Positions 1 through 13,900 of a DNA stretch of 64,000 nt are shown piece by piece. Numbering within the stretch: the stretch's first letter is position 1; each line of letters starts with the position of its first letter. A program made the position numbers and the translations under genes. Location: the NCBI RefSeq assembly GCF_028641065.1, contig NC_073406.1:2728001-2792000 (forward strand), read 5' to 3'. The notes beneath the pieces were generated by a model. That model was not told the origin of the DNA. It searched no databases and saw only the letters and a list, made by a program, of their open reading frames with translations. Origin of the DNA: Leucoraja erinacea (Eukaryota).

Positions 1-3000
1 AGCATTTGCTATTAATCTTGCTACTAAATGAGAGCAATCCAATTAAATAATGACCAAATGCTGTACACAGTAGTAATTGAACACAGGAATTGTGCCTGTG
101 TTCACAGAAAACCATCCATATCCTGAATTTTTGAAACACAAACGCCCTTTTCCCATTGAATCTCATGTTTAAGAGGCGATGCATTCCTAGGGTTTTTCTC
201 TCATATTAAGCCATTTTACCGGCATTGACAAAGTAACCTACTGCCTTTATTTTACAGCTGTGGCCAACAGACTCTGGAGATGGACACACATTCGTGAATT
301 AGGAAAGGATTCGGGAAAGAGACTGAGATTTGAGGATCAGGGTTCATAGGCGTTAGGTGGTATTGGGGGGGGGAGGTAGCTAATGAGTCAAAGCGTGGTG
401 ACTTAATGGAAGTAAAATAAAGAGATCACTTTAAGGTGCAGACATGGTGACAGCATCTTTGCACAAAGCAGCATGTCAGAAAATGCTTTGCAGCAAAAGA
501 GGGGAGCCTTAATCTTCATGACCAGCTCCTTAAAAGTAATTCCCTGATGTGTTTGCATGTCCGCAGCCTGGAGAGGGATTATTTTCAGGTGTGTGTAGCC
601 TGTGTTGCTAAGAGTGCAGATCTTGTTGGCAGAGAAATGTTACATGCATGGTTATGTGAGCAGACTGTGGGGGTGGGGTCACCACTGCAGAAACTGCAGC
701 CTGAATTAATGGATCATTTTCTACTGACGTAGGGAATTCCTACCATTGTCTCTCCATGTATACAGACAAAGGCAATTCAACCACTTTATAACTAAAATAT
801 CTCCACTGAAATCTGCAACATTAATGCTTTGCATCAGTCATAATTTGTCCTTTTGAATTCATACATGGTACATATGTATACATGTGTGTCGATCATTGAC
901 TGCTAGGTTATAGTAAAACATTCGGGGAGCCATTGTACTCGGGTTTTAATGCATTCGCAAAAGAATTGTTCAAAGGAAAATATCAGTTTGGAAGGTAAAT
1001 ATCCACTTTTATTGCAGTTGAAATGTTCACTGTAAGTCTTTATGAACCAAAGAATAATCTTAAAATAGTTTTAGAAACACAAAAGACACAGAATTTTGAA
1101 TTAAAACAGTGCAGAAACAAAGCCACGATAGGTCTGTCAGCATGTGGTTAGATAAAAGTCACGTTAATGTGTCATGTGACAACTCTTCAAAAACGTTTTT
1201 GATTTTTAATTGAGCTGGTATGGAATATTTTCTTATCTATGACCAACTATAGTTTATTTAGAATTCAAAGATTTTTTTGCCATATTTGAGGGTAATCAGA
1301 CGTGTTTTGGTACCGTTTACTTTGCAAAATTCATATGCATATTTTTTTAATAATCTGCTATTGATTTGATGAAAAGCCAAAACATGTCTTGCAGTTCAGC
1401 TTTAAGGTGCTTATGTTTTGTATTTGGTGGCTGTGTCTGGTTTTACTTCCAAATTTATGCAAGTAATTGAGATTTTTTTTTGTGTGGGTGGTCAGCAAGC
1501 TCAACGTTTAATGCCATTTTTTAATTCCCCTTGAGAATGTGGTGATATGCTGTCTTCCTCCATTGCTGGCCCTTGCTTTGATGATACTTTTGTAGTTCTG
1601 CTTAGTAAGGAGTAACCAGGATTTTGATTGAAATGATGAAAGAATAGCAATAAATGTCCAAACCAAAATAAGGGGTTGGCCATTTAGAACAAAGATCAGA
1701 AGTAATTTCGTCACCCAGTGGGTGGCGAATTTTTGGAATTCTCTCTAAGAAAGCCAAACAGGCTCAGTTGTTTAGTAGATCAATAGATTTTTAAATATTA
1801 AGGGAATTGGCAGATGTGGAATTAGTGCTGGAAAATGGCTCTGAGTTAAAAGGTCGGCCATGATCTTATTGAATGCAGAACAACCACACCAAACCAAGTG
1901 ACCGGTGCTTTTTTGTGTTATGTTTGTCTTGGAATGGTACTTGCAGAAGAATGCCTTGTCATTCTTGTTGGTTGATGCTACTGGTTTGGGAGATGCTGTG
2001 AATCTTGATTAGTTTCTGTGGTTTATTATGTAGGTGATATAACTGCAGCATCAATGCACCAATGGCAGTGAGAGCTTAAACTGTTGGATGAGGTATCAAT
2101 GATGAGTGATCTTGAGTTATGTTGCGTATTGATGGAGATGCAGTCGTCCAGAGAAGTGATGAGCATCCCATCAACTAATTTCTGCCACTGTACCCAACCT
2201 CTGATCTGCATCTGTAGCCATGCTATTTGTAACATCCCTGTATTTAATTTTCCCACCTCCCCAGGATGTTGAAAATGGGGGTATTAGTGATATTAATCCT
2301 GTTAAATAAATTCTCTCTTGTTGAAGATGATCATTGCTTTGTGCTTAGAATGTATATACTGTTTCTTAACATGACTTTGAACGCACATGGGTAGGGACTG
2401 TTTTATTGTTTGAAGAGTTGCGCATATAGTGCTATCCTCTGAATACCTGACATTGTGATGAAGGATCCTTGATTGATGAAACAGCTGAGGATGATTGGCT
2501 GGATACATTGCCGAACCCAGGGTGAATACTTTGTGCGTTGGTCATTGGAGAGTTTGTTATGTCTTAATTTCAATTATTTCAATTTTTCTAGGCTTTCTTA
2601 AAGTTGTAGCTCAAAAGCAAAATACATCAGATGTTTGAAATTTGAAGTATAAATATTGTAGTTACTCAATAAGTCGGGTATCATATATGGAGAGAGAAAT
2701 ATGTATTTCAGGGTTAACTTTTCATCAGAACTGAGAAACGTTATAAAACAAAGAAATAAAACAAGTTTTAAGATGCTTAGAAAGCTGGTGAATGTTAGGA
2801 AATGGGAGAGGATAGAACACAAGGAAGTCTGTCATAGGAAGGCAAGAATGAAAACAAATACAAAAGGGGTGATATGTGGAAGACAAATGGGGGTGATAAC
2901 GGTCAATCTCAAAAAGGTTGTAAATTGGAGAACCAGATTTACAAGAAGGGATGATGCATAGTGGGTCTGGAAGATTCTGATATCCCGGTTGGAAGACGAA

Positions 3001-4722
3001 CAGTTGACTCTTACATTTGCATTGAGCTTTGTGGTACCAATACAGGAAGGAAGGACCAGCATGAGAACAGTGGAGAATAAAAGTGATTGCCAGTTGGAAA
3101 TTTGGTATCATGCTTGTGGGTTGAAGGTGTTCACCAATCTATTTGAATGCTTAAGTGTTAGAAGTAAAATATTCTGTCTGGAAAATGCACTAGATGTCCT
3201 TCAGTTACATTGGAAAGTGGTATGGACAATGGAGTGAGTATATGGTGGAGATGACTGTAAATTACATCTTGCATGGGGTGGTGGGTATATGGACCAAACT
3301 GCCGCAGGAGGTAGTTGAGGTGGGTATTTTAAGAGATGGACAGATATATTGATGGGAAAGATTTAGAAGGATATGGGCTAAACGCAGGAAAAAGTGACTA
3401 GTTTAGATGAGCATTTTGTTTGGTGTAAGAAATTGGTACAAAGAGCCGGTTTCCTTGCTGTACGAGTCTTGACTGTCTCAAGTTTTCCACACTACTCATT
3501 TACTCTATCTTATCCCCCAATATGCTTGCGGTAGGCCTTCATCAAAGGCCAACATCAAAATTGTCACTAGCTGCTATGAAAAGAGGCAGTGTTGTTATCA
3601 TGTGGCAAATCTGTCTCTGCCTTGCAAACATTAAAAAGCACTTTCTCAAATCGTCCTCTGAGCTAAGCTCCCAGACCAACCACCGGACCATTGTTTCTGA
3701 GACAGTCACTCAAAGTTGGAGAAGATCAGTTTGGAGGAACATTCCTATAGGAGAGTTATTAGCACTTGTGATTTTTGAAACTAGATTGGAAGAAAAAAGA
3801 CTTGTTGAACCAACAGATGCGGTGAAGGATGAAGTGTGTCTGCAGCCAAGGACAACATTGGAAAACTTAAGTTGATACATTACAAATACAGTTATCAAAT
3901 CATAAATTAAAGAATTCTTGACCAAGGAAACCTGTCAAATAATTATCTAATTTTTTTTTTTTTTTTTAACAGTTTGCATTTACATGCATACAGCCAGATG
4001 TATTTGGGAAAAATTAACAAAACACTGAATACCCTATTGTATGTCTGTGCTGGAAAATTCTCTAGCTACTGTTGCACCAGAGTATGTTGCTTCATAGTCC
4101 AGAAGTTGCATCAACTATACAAGAAAATAAATCAGATTCCTAATGAATTATGCTCGGACCAAATGGTTTTGTTTGTAGGAACAAACAAATAAGGATCTGT
4201 AAGAAGCAATTTTTATTCAAACAAAATTGGTGTGAAGCCAAATACTTCCCCATAATTAATCTGGAGCCATTGCAAATTTGTCTGAGATATTTATACTGAC
4301 TTTTTTTATTTGTTCCTCTTGAGTTTTACTCACTGAATTCTTCTAGCAGTTTGATTTTTGCGCAAGAACACACAAGAAAATAGGAATGAGATTAGGTCTG
4401 CTGCCCCCTTTAGCTTGGCCTGCCATTCAACATGATTATGGATGATGTACCCAAGGCATTAACTGCTCTTATGTGTCAGGTCCCCTATTCGTTTATAATA
4501 TGATCTACCTCCACTTTAAATGCCTCATAAAAGAATTCCAGAGATTCACTATCCCCTATGGGAAAAAATGTCCATGTGCCTTGGGTTTAAATGACTGGTG
4601 CCTCACCTTGTAACTTTGTCCCCTAATTCAAGACGGAACACTATTATGTTTGTTATATTTCAATAAGATTGCCCTTCATTCTTTGAAACTCCAAAACAAA
4701 GTACAGACCTAACCTATCTAAC

Positions 4723-5758
4723 CTAGAAAATAGGTGCAGGAGTAAGCCATTTGGCCCTTCGAGCCAGCACCGCCATTCAATATGATCATGGCTGATCATC
4801 CAAAATCGGTACCCCGTTCCTGCTTTTTCCCCATATTCCTTGATTCCATTAGCCCTAATCTAACTCTCTTGAAAACATCCAGTGAATTGGCCTCCACTGC
4901 CTTCTGTGGCAGAGAATTCCACAGATTCACAACTCTCTGGGTGAAAAGGTTTTTCCTCATTTCAGTCCTAAGTTACTTCTTAAACTGTGACCCCTGGTTC
5001 TGGATTCCCCCAACAACGGGAACATTTTTCCTGCATCTAACCTGTCCAATCCTCTAAGAGTGTTATATGTTTCGATAAGATCCCCTCATCCTTCTAAATT
5101 CCAGTGAATACAAGCCCAGTCGACTCATTCTTTCATCATATGTCAGTCCCGCCATCCTGGGAATTAACCCAGTGCTCCCTCAATAACAAGAATATCCTTC
5201 CTCAAATTAGGAGACCAAAACTGCACACAATACTGCAGGTGCGGTCTCACCAGGGCCCTGTACAACTGCAGTAGGGCCTCCTTGCTCCTCAACTCAAATC
5301 CTCTCACAATGAAGGCCAACACGCCATTAGTTTTCTTCACTGCCTGCTGTACCTGCATGCTTACTTTTAGTGACTGATGTACAAGGACACCCAGGTCTAG
5401 TTGCACGTCCCTTTTTCCCAATCTGACACCATTCAGATAATAATTTGCCTTCCTGTTCTTGCCACCAAAGCGGATAACCTCACATTTATCCACATTATAC
5501 TGCATCTGCTATGCATCTGCCCACTCACCCAACCTATCCAAGTGCAGCCTCATAGTATCCTCCTTGCAGCTCACACTGCCACCCAGCTTTGTGTCATCTG
5601 CAAACACGGAGATGTCGTATTTAATTCCCTCGTCTAAATCGTTAATATATATTGTAAATAACGGTCCCAGCACCAAGCCTTACGGCACCCCACTAGTCAC
5701 TGCCTGCTATTCTGAAAAGGAACCGTTAATTCCTACTCTTTACTTCCTCTTTGCTATC
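4723..5758 (-). mobile_element. CR1/HER1-type LINE 3' fragment (RT C-terminus plus 3' UTR)
   Basis: ORF 5164-5505 (DKCEVIRFG..YRALVRPHLQYCVQFWSP) is typical of the CR1-clade ORF2 end. The same 3' UTR recurs at 32836, 36432, 37605 and 52600. Confidence 0.85.
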
Positions 5759-7734
5759 TAGCCTCGCTTGATAGGACAATCCAGGATATAGGCCAGTGAA
5801 ACTTTTTTTGGACTAATTCCATTGTTGCTATGGGCAATGGAACCAAAACTGGTTAGCCAGGTGTGGTCTCAGCTACATACACCCTGTATAATTATTTTTA
5901 AAACTTTCTAAACACCTCTCCTTGCCAGTAAAGTTCAATATCCTATTTGGCCTCATTAAGTACTTGCTGCAGTTAGAGCTTAATTTGATTTGTGAGATCA
6001 TGAACTTTCTCCTGGCATGGAGAAAACAATTAACATTTAAAAAACAATTCAATGTCAAAAGTCTCTATGCTTTTGTGTGCTTTATTCTATTCCAATGTCT
6101 GGCAATTTGTCACTGGTCAAAGATAATTCTGTTTAAAATCAAATCCAGCCAAATATGTGCTGACCCTACCAATCAAAATCGGGCTTTTTTCATATCCAGA
6201 TTTATTTGATGTTCTATCCTGTTTAGTTCTTTGTCTGTCCCAAGAATATGTAACCTCACAACTAAATTCTTAGACATGCTCTGGGGAAATCTACTGAAAT
6301 TAAGTGAAAACCGGGGTCTGATATCTTCTCAAAGCTTGCCCTTGAATAAAGATCCCATTAAAAAGAAATTACACATACATATGTGACAACCAGTCAACTA
6401 TGCATCCTACACATTCATAAAGCACACAGTGTTAAAATTAATATCTACATATTTTGATATTGGCATAATTCATTACGAATTTACATTGTGACATACCATC
6501 CATTTCATGTTACAACCAGTCTGACGAAGGGTTTCATGTTACAATCATGTCTGAAGAAGGGTTTCAGCCCGAAATGCATAGATGCTGCTGCACCTGCTGA
6601 GTTTCTCCAGCATTTTTGTGTACCTTTCATGTTACAACCAAGCAGTTTTATTTCCAGTTTTCTCAAAAGTATATTGTTGGCATGCCATATTCCAGCAGAA
6701 CATATCCTTGTAGATCTCTCAATTTTGAGCTGCAGTTTTAAATCGGGCAGAATTTGTAACCACTTTTTTTCCTCTTAGTACAAAAATGGTGGTATCTAAG
6801 ATTTTATCCATAGGTGCTTTATATTTTGCTTTAATTCATCGATTTGCATTAATACAAGTTGGCTTAACTAAATCTGCTGTCGTATTCCAACAATACGTTT
6901 GTTATAGGATGACCCAAACGGAATAGCCAATTGATGATGTATTCAGTGACCTAAACCTTGATATTACTGATTATTTTTATATATGAAACGTATCAAATTG
7001 AATCTATAATTAAAAATTCACACTAATAATGTTAGTTAATCACTTAGACAGATACATGGATAAGTCAAGTCAAGTTTATTCGTCACATACACATACGAGA
7101 TGTGCAGTGAAATGAAAAGTGGCAATGCTTGCGGACTTTGTGCAAAAAGACAAACAAACAAACAACCAAACAAACTACAAATAGAATGTAACAGAATCAC
7201 ATATTCTTTTTCATATTAAATATTGTGGGCGGAAGGAAAAAAGGAAGAAAACAGCAATTTTAATTTAATTAATAAAGGTTTGGAGGGATATGGGCCAAAT
7301 GCAGGCCAATGGGACTATCTCAGGTGAACATCGTGGTCGGCACGGAAGAGTTGCGTCAAAGGGTCTGTTTTCATTCACTATGAATCTATGACAATAAAAT
7401 TACAAATGGAAGTGTTGATGTGGCAGATACGTTTGTTAGGTAGTTTCAGGTTTTTGTTGTGTTGCACACACAATGTTCATTTACAAAATCTTAACGAAGG
7501 GAATTTTGCAGTGCATTGCTTAGAAATCTAACTTGTAGAAATCCAACTTTATGCAAATTCTCCCATAACTTTTATGAAGAAGCATAACAAATAATATTTA
7601 AATGTTTCATCAAATTCATTCACGTGGATATAGTAAATGTTCAACTAGTTAAATTATAACTCAAGCCAATTACATTATAATTAAATAATTGAACAATGCT
7701 TTTAATGTTGGTTGTGTTATATTGCCCTCTGCAG

Positions 7735-10700
7735 GACTGCGTATCAAACAGGATCTGGTAACCAGTTACCCTCAGGTGGTGGTGGTTAGAGTTCCCACCC
7801 CTTCAGTACAGAATGACAGTGATATAACATTACTGCGCCACCTTGAGAAGATGGGCTGTCGTCTAGCCAATCGTTCACAGGCTATATTGCACTGTGTTAA
7901 CAAGTTCTGGACATTCCAGGAGCTAGCTGGTCATGGAATACCTTTACCTGACACTTTCTCTTATGGCAAGTATAAATGGATCACTTTGACCCTTCTGTAA
8001 ACTTCTAAGCAACATTTTATGTTTGTTGAATTTAGCAGCCAAGTAAACAATTAAAATCCTTTGACAAAGCTACTGTTTAGATACCACTGGTTCCTGTAAT
8101 CCAATGCTGTGACTAGTATTGTCAGTAGAGGGCATACCGTATTATTAAGTTGACAATTGACCATGGAAACAACACTAAATTTATAAAATGCATATGCTTG
8201 CCATTCTTGATCTTCAAGTTCTTTTTGATTATGAATATTGCATGTCCTTGAAGACTTCCAACCAATACTTTTCATGCTGTTTGCATCAAAGACTGAGAGC
8301 TGAAGCATTTGGGACCAGAATACCACACTTGTGTATGAAATGGCTGGGTGCAGTAATTTAAATGTAGTGTGGCCAGTGGAAGGCAAAGATTGTTTCAAAT
8401 TAAGATGTATGTATAATATTTTGTTTATGTTAAGTAAGGTTGGGACAGTGAGAGGACAGAATGGCAAAATATTTGTATTTTTAAAAACCACTGAAGTGGG
8501 GAATTGTGGATTAAAGCATTTGTAATCATGTTCCTATTTGCACAATAAATTTATATCTATTTTTACGACAGGTGGCCATGAAAACTTTTCAAAAATGATT
8601 GATGAAGCTGAGCCTTTGGGTTATCCAGTAGTAGTTAAAAACACACGAGGCCATCGAGGTACAAACTATTTTTCATTTTGTAGTTCAGCACAAGCACAGT
8701 AAAACACATATAAATTTAATTCCATCATTTTTATTAATCACTTATGTTGAGAACAAATGATCATTGATGACCATTTTATAAGCACAGATTGTGCAGAATT
8801 AGATTTTATTTGGAGCCCTCCTGCCTACCACAGGGTTACAGCGCAGTGTTATTGACACTAACTGGAATTTTGCCACATCAAACCCCAAAATAATACATCC
8901 TAGATAATACCTTGATATCTATTTTGTGAATCCTATCTAGAAACACACCATCTGGACCAGAGGCAGTGTCATTTTTAAAACTTATCTGTGGGAAAATTGT
9001 ATAGAGGAATATCATTGTTAGCCCAGAATAGGCTCAAGCAAAATTTATTAATGTCAGCATTATTATTAAGAATGGGAAAATGCGATGTAAAATGCTTCTC
9101 CAGACTATCTAATTCTATGGGACACCAGATATCTTCTGGCTGGTTTGCAGTCATATTTCCCACGTGAACTATGTGGGTTACGAATGGTCCTTGGGAACGG
9201 ATCTGTGCCGTATCCTAAGGAGAACTTGTAGATCACTCTAACAAATATTACCAGATGATGCTGACATTGCAAAATTTGGCCTGGCACATGCATGGAGCGT
9301 CAACTTAAGCACAGTTTTAGATTTCCTACCATAATACCATAATTTATATAATACGTACATTTTAGACTGATCCTTTCTTAGTTGCTATGCAGCAAAGTAA
9401 CAAATGAACAAACTTTTGGGAATTATAAAAGTCTCATTTTATTTTTAATTTCTGTGAGTAAGCCATGACAAATTATAATATTGAGAAACAAGGAACTGCA
9501 GATGCTGGTTTACCGAAAAGGACACAAAGTACTGGATTAACTCAGCAGGTCAGGCAGCATATCTGGAGAACAAGGAGAGGTCCATGTTCTCAAGAGATGC
9601 TGCCTGACCTGCTGAGCTACTCTTTACTTTGTATCTTAAATTATAATATGGAGTTGTCTTGTGGCTCTTGGTGCTACTTTTTAAAATTCTAAAATGTATT
9701 CTTTATGGTTCTGATAGAAATTATACATTGTTACACAGTGGAATAGATTGTAAACAGTGTTTACTTGTTTGTCATCCCCCCCTTCAGGTAAAGCAGTTTT
9801 CCTGGCACGGGACAAGCATCATTTGACTGATTTATCTCACCTAATACGACATGATGCTCCATACCTTTTCCAGAAATATGTAAAGGAATCCCATGGGAAG
9901 GATATCCGTGTGGTGATGGTAGGAGGCCGTGTAATTGGTGCGATGTTACGCTGCTCAACTGATGGAAGAATGCAAAGCAATTGCTCACTTGGTGAGATTT
10001 TGCACTTTAGAATGTTTGTACGAATACTTGTGGTTTCCCCATCAATATATGTTGGTAAAGTCAATATGAAAATTGATTATACAGACCTTAATTCCCAAGT
10101 TTAATAGCCCTGGGTTAAGATCAGTATATCAGGAAATGTTATGGAACTTTATCACAAAATAAAAGCTGTCCACAATTAAGTCTGACTTAATTTGTAATTG
10201 ATGCTTCCATAGAACTAAAATGGTTATAAGGGGGAGGGGGGGATGCCAGAGGTTCTTGCTTTGGCATTTGAGACAATCATAGAGTGTGGCCCAAATCCTT
10301 TGTGAACCAACATTGCTGGGATTCAGCCTGCATGAACTGATTATCCATTGATAATTTTTCACCGTTAACTGTACTGATTTTTAGCAGTAATTGTAGATCA
10401 GTTGATGGTGTCGAAAATTGAAACGTTGCTGATGTCCAATTTTCTTGAATACTGAACTGATATTTTAATTTTACCTTTGCTAGGAGGTGTTGGTGTGCTG
10501 TACCAGCTGAGTGAACAGGGCAAGCAGTTGGCGATCCAGGTTTCCAATATTTTGGGCATGGACATTTGCGGTATCGATCTTCTCAGAAAAGATGATGATT
10601 CTTTTGTAGTATGTGAAGCCAATGCAAATGTGGGTTTCAAAGCCTTTGACAAAGCTTGCAATCTGGATGTAAGCAGTATCATAGCGGACTATGCCCTGTC

Positions 10701-10980
10701 GTTACTGCCAAGCAGACTGACCAGGAAAATGTCACTTCTTTCTGTAGTTTCCAGTGCTAGTGAAACGAGTGAGCCGGAGGTAGGAGCTCCAGTCAGCGCC
10801 ATTCCGGAAGGTGTATTCACCATGAGTGTGGGATCAAGTTCCAGTGAGAGTGACCCCGAAATAGTGGAGGTCAGGGATTCTGACACTACTGCTTCCAGGT
10901 CCATGCACACTGTACTGCCTGAACCAGGCTACAACATGAACAATCTCATAAATACTGAAATTAAACTATTGAGTGAGTGA
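7735..10980 (+). CDS. RIMKLA: N-acetylaspartylglutamate synthase A (RimK-like ATP-grasp ligase), coding exons 2-5; exon 1 not found in the window
   Basis: Exons 7735-7965 ([26 protein letters not shown]...PDTFSY), 8572-8658 ([29 protein letters not shown]), 9788-9991 ([12 protein letters not shown]...MQSNCSL) and 10484-10980 (GGVG...NTEIKLLSE*). All junctions are phase 1 with AG acceptors. The residues [13 protein letters not shown] and LPEPGYN, plus adjacency to ZMYND12 and PPCS, favour RIMKLA over RIMKLB. Confidence 0.93.
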
Positions 10981-13900
10981 GATGAGAAAGCTCTACTAAT
11001 AGGTATAAACAGGGGTGCTTTCCCAGCTCAGCTGGAGAAAAAGGTAAAAGAATTAACAGAAGGGACACGATCTAATTTTTTTTTCTCCCATATTAATCAT
11101 TAAGTCTGAGTTTGTGGAAAAGCCCAGACTGATGACAACCATCAATCCACTCCAGGTGGGTTATGCTGTCTCCATGCCATTGAGGTGGATGGGTGGGAGT
11201 ATTCATTAAGCACACCATGTATATTTAATTCAGTAGCACTATAGGATGAGTTCAGTTGATTGGTTAAAAAGCATGGCCTTGCCAATAAGAAGGTAGCTGG
11301 TTAATGTCTGAAGGCAGAGACCAGTTATTGTTGTGGAGAAAACCCTCCCATCAGTGCTATTTGGGAAACGCATGGCCTTTGCTTGACACCTTTCTATGTT
11401 GACATGGTTGTTATCATGAACTTCCTGTATTTGGAATCAATCTCTTGCCTCTCTACAATGAACTGCCCATCCATGTTATTTTCCTTTCCTTAGATTAGGT
11501 GCTACTCATACCCCTTGTTTTTCTGTCTACTGTATTAACAGTGCTACTTGGACTGCACATAATTTAAGCATTTTTCAGGAATTTTGGTGGGAACAATTTG
11601 AACTGATGGGCTAATTAACAAATGGGTCAATTAGTATTCCGGAGCATAAAGTCACTAACAAACTTGGATATTTTAGCTGTCTTCACAGCTTAAGGATGGA
11701 GCAAATACATTAAATTAAAGTTAAATGATAGCACAAACCAAAAATAATATAAGCTGCAATTTCAATTCTTCTCTCCCTTTTTCTCGAAAAAGAAAATCTT
11801 TGAATTGTAAGGTTAAAATGCTGATGAGCAAATAAATAAATGTCTGCAGAAGATGAATGACATACAAATTAATTGGCAGTGTGAAAAATGACATGGCTAA
11901 TCATTTAATATTCTTAATGGGCATTGAAAGTTGGAATATGATGTTGCCTACCAGGCTAATTAATGGATGAAGAATGCATCTTGAGGGTATGGAAAAACAA
12001 GTTGCTAAGAAGAAGTTTATCTTTGTTTTAAAGTGAGAGAGCTACTGAGAGGAGATTCTATTATGAGATTGATGAATTCTTCATTTTACTTGTCAACTCA
12101 GTTGATTAACTTGTAGTTCCATAAAAACAATCTTAGGCATAACATTGAAGTATCAGGGAAATAAATAGGTTGAGTAGTCTCACGCTTTGATGGAGAAAAT
12201 CTTTTGGTTCATGACTGACTAAGTTAATATGTGGTTTGAATGCATTATGTTACAGCTCCAATGCTCTCCATCATTTTAATTTTGGTTGCTAATACTTGTA
12301 CCAACATTGCAGTTTAAGGTAAACATAGACTGTCCTCTTTGAAGCTTGTGTCCCCAGTGTTTTTACCCTGAATAATATTGTTAAAGTTATGGGTGAAGTG
12401 TTGAAATGCATATCTGCATTTAACCTGCGGATTTAATTGGCGAAATGCACAAGGTGCAGAATGCATAGAGTTTAGTAAGAACTAGAAAATTATCATTTTA
12501 CATGATTGTTTGCAAATTGGATGTTTATATCTCAAAATATTGATTATCTGTCAGGTGGGTAATATCCACAAAATGTGCGAATACAGAGGATTGACTGAAT
12601 TATTTCAGGCATGCCAGAAGTCAGCTCCAACTTCTTGAACAATTGTGCTTCTGCTGTGAAGAGATAAAGTAATTGTATTTATAAATTATATCTTCCAGTA
12701 TAATTCGCACAACGTTGCCATCAAGTTGTTCTTTTCAAATGTCAGTAATTGTTGGTGAGATTCAGTGCACATTTCTGATTGTGTGACTTCTGGCGGTGTG
12801 TGTAAATGTCAGCAAGCCCAAGTTCAGACACTTTAAAAGTACTAGTATTTACAAGGTAGTAACTTGATTTTAATTGAATCTTAGTTGAATCATAAGCTTA
12901 TTTCACCATACGGTTATTAATACTGGCAATTTTAAACAAGAGCCATCAGCATATTTAGCGATTGTGTCATGAAAAATCAATTAAAATGGCTCTGTTAAGT
13001 GGCAGCTGCTATGTCGGGTGAGAAGGTACATACTAACCTAGTCAATTCATTAAATATACCCATTTAAGAAACAGATAATTATTGTAGTATTTAAAACAAA
13101 TATTACATTGAAGTAACTTGATATCTTGAGTTATATGTTGACTAAAAATCTCGAAGCAGATGCAAATAATTTTGCATATTAGCTCTAGACGGTTGAGTGC
13201 ATTTACGCGGAAGATAGTATGGCACCAATATGACTGAGCATATGTGTATAGAGCGTTACATTTGACTTTACTGTGCCTGGGCTAGAGGGACAAGGCAATT
13301 AACCTCAGCAGGAAAGTATGAACAGTAACAAAAGATAAAAGCAGATTTGATTTTAATTTCTCCACTGGTATATGTAATATTTTGCTTTTGACTCCAAGTC
13401 AATTAGCCCACTAACGTTTGCTAATCAAGCTTGAAGTTGAATTGCTGGAGGGAAGAACCATCACCTTGTCTTCGGGGAAGTAAAGATGAGGGAGAAAATT
13501 CAAAATTTAAAACCACTTTTGCGAAGAAGTTGTATAATCTCAACAGGGGACAGTAACTTTTATTTGCAGGTAACAACGTTCATTGCAAAAACTGTTAAGC
13601 TTTCATAATCGTTCTCTTTTTCCAAACACAGAACTTACCAATGTTCTTTCTAAAGGAGTTATTTGATTTCCCTGTAAATATATTTTAAGAATAACAAGGT
13701 TTTTATCAAGATATAAATGTAACTGAATAAGTAAGGTATGCTTTAACAGACACAGTTAATGACCCCATTCTTTGTTTTCTTTGACTATTGTTACTTGTAA
13801 ATAGTTTGCTATCTCCTGCAAAATTGTGCTTCACAAATTTTGAAATTTCTGTCATCTATGTTAATGTCCAAGATTGTGATAAATGGGTGGGAGGCTTCTG

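Noticed and set aside
1-7734. RIMKLA exon 1 (expected LWFLTDRRI-like motif)
   Set aside because: Not found by eye or in the ORF track; probably upstream of the window.
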